A stretch of DNA of 64,000 nucleotides from Anthoceros angustus. Lineage: Eukaryota; Plantae; Anthocerotophyta. Where the stretch lies: assembly GCA_010909165.1 (NCBI GenBank), contig MU008159.1, forward strand, positions 2,170,001 to 2,234,000, written 5' to 3'. The translations under genes were made by a program, and so were the position numbers. This document shows, one piece after another, positions 59,641 through 64,000 of the stretch; positions within the stretch are counted from its first letter, which is position 1; each line of letters starts with the position of its first letter. The notes below the pieces were generated by a model. That model had not been told where the DNA came from. It saw nothing but the letters and a program-made list of their open reading frames with translations, and ran no database searches.

Positions 59641-60898
59641 AATCGAAGTTTACAATGTCGCCCGGCAGAACGGGCCTTCCTCACCGCTCCTACTTTGCAT
59701 CATTCCCTAGGTTCGAGTTTGCACCACCATTCGACACAAACATTGCCGATGGAAAGTAGTAACTTTACCGGGTGACACCTTTTTCGAGTGTTTTCCGAAT
59801 GCCTTAAAACGCTTTTTAGGGCCCATCAAAACCCCTTCAGATTATTTATGGAAAACCCCTTCGAGATTATTAACCCCTTCAAAATTATCGTTGTGTGTAT
59901 GTAAAACTCTTTAACTTCAATTTCATTAAATCTCATCACATATATTTTTCTAAAATTATTTTAGCAAAGCATGATTTTCTCAAGAAGTAAATCATCCTTA
60001 ATTTTTACCGTGAATCATTTTTCACATTTTCTTTTGCTAATTCTATAGACCTCAACACTATCTACAACTTTGCTTCACATTGTACAGCATAAACTCGGAA
60101 TGAAGGTCCTTCTTTTCAAATCCTTGTACTAAAACTATTTATGAGCTTTGTCATTTTTTATATCCTTCATGCTCCATCCAATGAAGATGAGACTTGGTAA
60201 GTGTGCTTCATACTACCTCTTGAGAACACTTAAAAAACAGGGAGTCTAATATTGTTGTCATTTGTGAGATATTTTAAATTCTTCTAAGGGTGACAAAAAG
60301 TGACACGTTGCCCTTGTTTCGTTTGTTACCACTAATAGTGAATAACCAAACCATGCATGGACCCGATAACAAATGCTGACGACTATACAATAGCGGACGT
60401 TGGTTGCAAAAGCATGGAGCCTACAGGATGCAATAGGGACTCATAAGCTCCTAGGAGGGCAGAAAGGAGATGAAGGTCCTACAAGCATGTTAGGTGAAAG
60501 AAAAGAGGGATCCAAGACCACCAAATTTGTGGAGGAGCATGAGAAGATGAGACTAACGGCACCTGCAAAGGGTGTGCATGGAAGGGCAAAGCACTAGATC
60601 CTCCACCCAAGTACTGCAGGAACGACTCCTTTGGCTATCGCGAACAGATGTTGTCCATCGACTCCAATGACATTGTTGCAAGCAATTTGAATTCCAACTT
60701 CAAGTGTTTGTGCCATCGCTTGGGGCTCTTTGTAATGTGTGGGCAATGGTAGTGCGGTAGCAAGGTGGCAAGGTGGCCTTTTCACGAATATTCAAATAAA
60801 ATAATATGGTTGAATTTCTCATTTCTGATTACCACACCAGCTTAAGGCTGATTAAAAACCACATCGATTGGCACGTTTTATTAACCGTCGATTATTAT

Positions 60899-60928
60899 TT
60901 TGTACCTACCTGTTCAGGTAGGTACAAA
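60899..60928. repeat. Perfect 14-bp-stem hairpin (TT loop)
   Basis: tttgtacctacctg-tt-caggtaggtacaaa. Confidence 0.9.
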
Positions 60929-61944
60929 CTAACATGTTAACAGTGTTTCTCAGCATAGGGGTTTGTCTCCGAACCCCATTTTGGCCCCAACCATCCAGAA
61001 ATGCACATGTCTCATTTCACTGTTTTCAGTGATTTGCGAACCCACAGCCCATGCATCCGAGCCCAAAAGAAGACATAATGTGCCCACCGTCCGCTCAAAT
61101 GCCGGACACACCTTTGTACCAAGTGGCCGGATGGGCGACTTATGCTCCAAAGAGTCGAGTGCGCAACGTCCGCGACTTATACTCCAAAGAGGTGCACACA
61201 CCGGTTCGTCTCTCAACACCTAGCTGCGCCATACCGTAGTGGGCGCCCATATAAACGAGCTGCCTCACTATAGGGCTCGCAGCGGCTGCATGCTCTCTTA
61301 TACTTGTGTTCGATCGCATCCGATGCTTTCATTACTCAAGGACAAATCATCTATTCTATTTATTTTCTTGCTTCTCCGCAAAACATTGTGAAACATTGTC
61401 GCCTTCAAAAGGTTGGCCATTAGAAACCACCATCATACATGTCGAATTTTGGAAAATGTAGCTCATCTAGAAACCAAGGCCTATGCATCTATACGCATCA
61501 AACTCGAATGAGCGGACATTTTTAACCAATCAAAGAGATCCAAATGCAAGTCATAGAAGGCACATAGAGTAAGGCCAAAAGGTTTTACATGTTGTATACA
61601 AAGCGAATGTGGAATATAACATCAACCAACAAATGATTTTCAAAAATAATATTCATGACTTTACGCCTAGATACCGGATGATTTACAAAATTTTTCAAAC
61701 CACTAAAATCAACACTCCATCCTAGTATTGATACGCCTAGGTTGCTTAAAGTGGAGTTGTTACAAAGTTTTCAAAGCGCCAAAACAAGCAAGCCATCCTA
61801 GTACTAATCCGACCCAAGAGTGCATAACAAGTTCTAAAGCACCAAAGTCAAGCACCCCATCCTGGTACGATCCGAGAAGGAACTTAACTGAGTTCTTATG
61901 TCTATCCACCTATCCAAGCCATTTAAAGACAAACAATATATAGA

Positions 61945-62263
61945 TCGACGTCCGCGATTTCCATCTCACCGGACGCCCAAGATTGGGGTCTCAGAAAATG
62001 CGCCGGACGTCCGCGCAGTTTTAGGACTCGCCAATGTGCCGAACGTCCGCATTGTTCCAATTCCTTCTATGTTTTTCACTCTAACAATGGAGATCCGGGT
62101 TGTGTACTCACATGCACCGACGCCACTACTTTTAGAGTCGTAGTTTGGTCCTCTCGAGATGGCCATGATCGCTTTGCTTAATGTTCTTCACAATTGCGCC
62201 GGACGTCCGCTAGCTTGCTTTTCGCTTGAAATTGCTACTTTTAGTGTTGCGCCGGACGTCCGC
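61945..62263. repeat. Dispersed 15-bp motif GCGCCGGACGTCCGC (palindromic GGACGTCC core)
   Basis: Exact copies at 62000, 62196 and 62249, a variant at 62036 and a partial copy at 61945. Confidence 0.85.
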
Positions 62264-63254
62264 GCTTTGGCTTGGTCGGACTAATTTTGTTTGGTTTTGC
62301 CCACTGCTCACCCCGCTAGGAAGTACTATGAAAGAGGTGTTTAGGATTCCTAGCACCGTTAAAATCCTTGAAATCCCTTCCTTGTGAAGGTGAAATCGAA
62401 CCTTCTTCGGCTTCAACCTCATAGCGTAAGTATTCACGAGAAAATAACATGGTCAATGTCTTTCAGTACATGTCTAAAGAGTGGTTTTGCTAAAGATGAT
62501 GCATTTTGGCCCGTTTTCGGGGGTCATGTTTTGGTCTTTAGGGACCCAAACCCCTTTAATGGAGAATAACCCCTATGGTGAGAGACGCTGTTTGTTTCTT
62601 TTGACTGATCAGGGCCTCAGTGGGAAACGTCGTGCCACGCAAAAGCCAACGAACACCGGAAAATTTTCGACTGATTGGCTAGTGTGAATCCACCCTAAAT
62701 TTGTGATATTGTTCAAAGTGTTACAAAATTTAGGCTTGTATGCCATATTTCTCTTCAATGCCAAAAGTTATTACACTATATGGGTAGCCTGTTTCTAAGT
62801 GACCCAACAGATATAACATTGTCGTGCCTCAAAAGCATACCAGAATTGATATGCTTGTCTAGTGTGCATTTACGAAGACAAGTTACATCAGCATAGGAGC
62901 CAAAGTAACCTTCATTGAACAAAAAATATGAACTTATTAGAGGTATACACAGGTATACAGAGGACCTAGTCATGTTGAAAACCTAAAGATGTTGAGATGT
63001 ATAAAATTCTTCTTCTTCTGCTACAATCTAAATTGTTCTCGAGAAGAGCTCCACATATATAGCCTTGAGTGCCGCCATCTCCCGCTGGTGTGTGCTTCTG
63101 AACTCGATAATAGTTTTCCACATGCGCTTGAATATAAAGCATGAAAAGTTCTTGGCCTTTGGGAATAATAATTATTTCCTTGGCCTTTGACCTAGCCTTT
63201 CCCTATCGTGCTTTTATAAACAGCCTACTTATCTACTCATGCCAGTAATTCTTA

Positions 63255-64000
63255 CATGCAACATAAGTGCAGACCGCGTTGGTTAAGGTCGACTAGACCA
63301 AACCCAATGTGGATTAGTCAAACTAGACACAGCTAGTTGGTAGTTAGTTAACTAGCAGGCTAGTGAAAGGACACACCCCCTCGTAACCATCCTTTATAAG
63401 CCCACCTATGAACTAAACATATTCATTGTTAATAAAGCATCTACTTGATGCAAGACGCCCGCATATGCATCTCTAACTTGGTATCGAGCCATGTGATATT
63501 TCAATGGCTTTGTTGCTAATTTTCTTCCCTAATCAACTTAGGAAGATAAGCTAGCAACCTCATACCCAATTTTAGTTGATGAAAATGCATTTTGATATGC
63601 ATTTCCGATAGTAGACTATCATCTGCATCATAGGCAGGATCCGCTAGTTTTACAGTCATGTAGAAACTCATGTTGCCCATCATACCATTGCTAAGTGAAA
63701 ACAATTAGCTTAGAACGTTCTAAGTAAAATATTAATCATAGCTACTTTATTGATTGTTTTCATTAGTCCAATTTTTAACAAACCAAACCAATTTTTCTAA
63801 ATTGATTGGTTATGGGTTCTAGACACCCTTCTAGTTCTTGTGATACTATAAGGCCTAGTCCTTGGGACTCTTATAAGTTAATTTTGCTTAAGAATAGCAT
63901 CATTGTTGCTTACATTCTTCTAAGCAATCAGCCTACTTTTGTTTTTGCTTTTAGCCTCTTAATCTTCAAGCACAAGAACTATGGGTCGAAACAACAACAC
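63255..64000 (+). mobile_element. 5' LTR + PBS of a diverged relative of the AG...CT Copia family, continuing off the window
   Basis: 63269-63478 aligns with the 30997-31199 LTR (gcagacc.cgttggtt; ggctag.gaaaggacacacc; ataagcccacctatgaac; attcattgttaata). It ends CTAACT immediately before PBS TGGTATC(-)GAGCC at 63479-63490. The 5' end is degenerate. Confidence 0.8.

Noticed and set aside
59700-59730. GGTTCGAG...CACCA as a tRNA 3' half
   Set aside because: No D-arm, anticodon arm or acceptor-stem pairing.
60594-60785. RNase H-like remnant (TLEVGIQIAC..VDGQ..GWRI)
   Set aside because: Too short and degenerate to support without a profile search.

Overview
This is nuclear DNA of a non-seed land plant, most likely a hornwort. 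That is inferred from short 80-190 bp GT-AG introns, a spliced murB and an intronless PLS-PPR gene with a 'WW'-type PG box. The gene-rich left third (1-21.3 kb) holds murB, an orphan EAR-motif gene, EIN3/EIL, a CRE-like retroelement stub, a 20-motif PLS-PPR gene whose DYW deaminase domain has decayed, a GILP/LITAF gene with an octapeptide-repeat N-terminus, and the 3' part of a sucrose transporter. The rest (about 22.5-64 kb) is a nested transposon field. It contains a ~395-bp satellite, a complete Ty1/Copia element with a 5-bp TSD but non-canonical AG...CT LTR termini, and a 14.2-kb Ty3/Gypsy element whose 4.3-kb LTRs carry a degenerate ORF. It also contains two convergent Sola2-like transposase remnants, a LINE remnant and a related Copia LTR that again ends in CT. 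Indel density rises sharply after about 23 kb, so many frameshifts there may be assembly errors. Family assignments come from motif recognition only; no database search was run.
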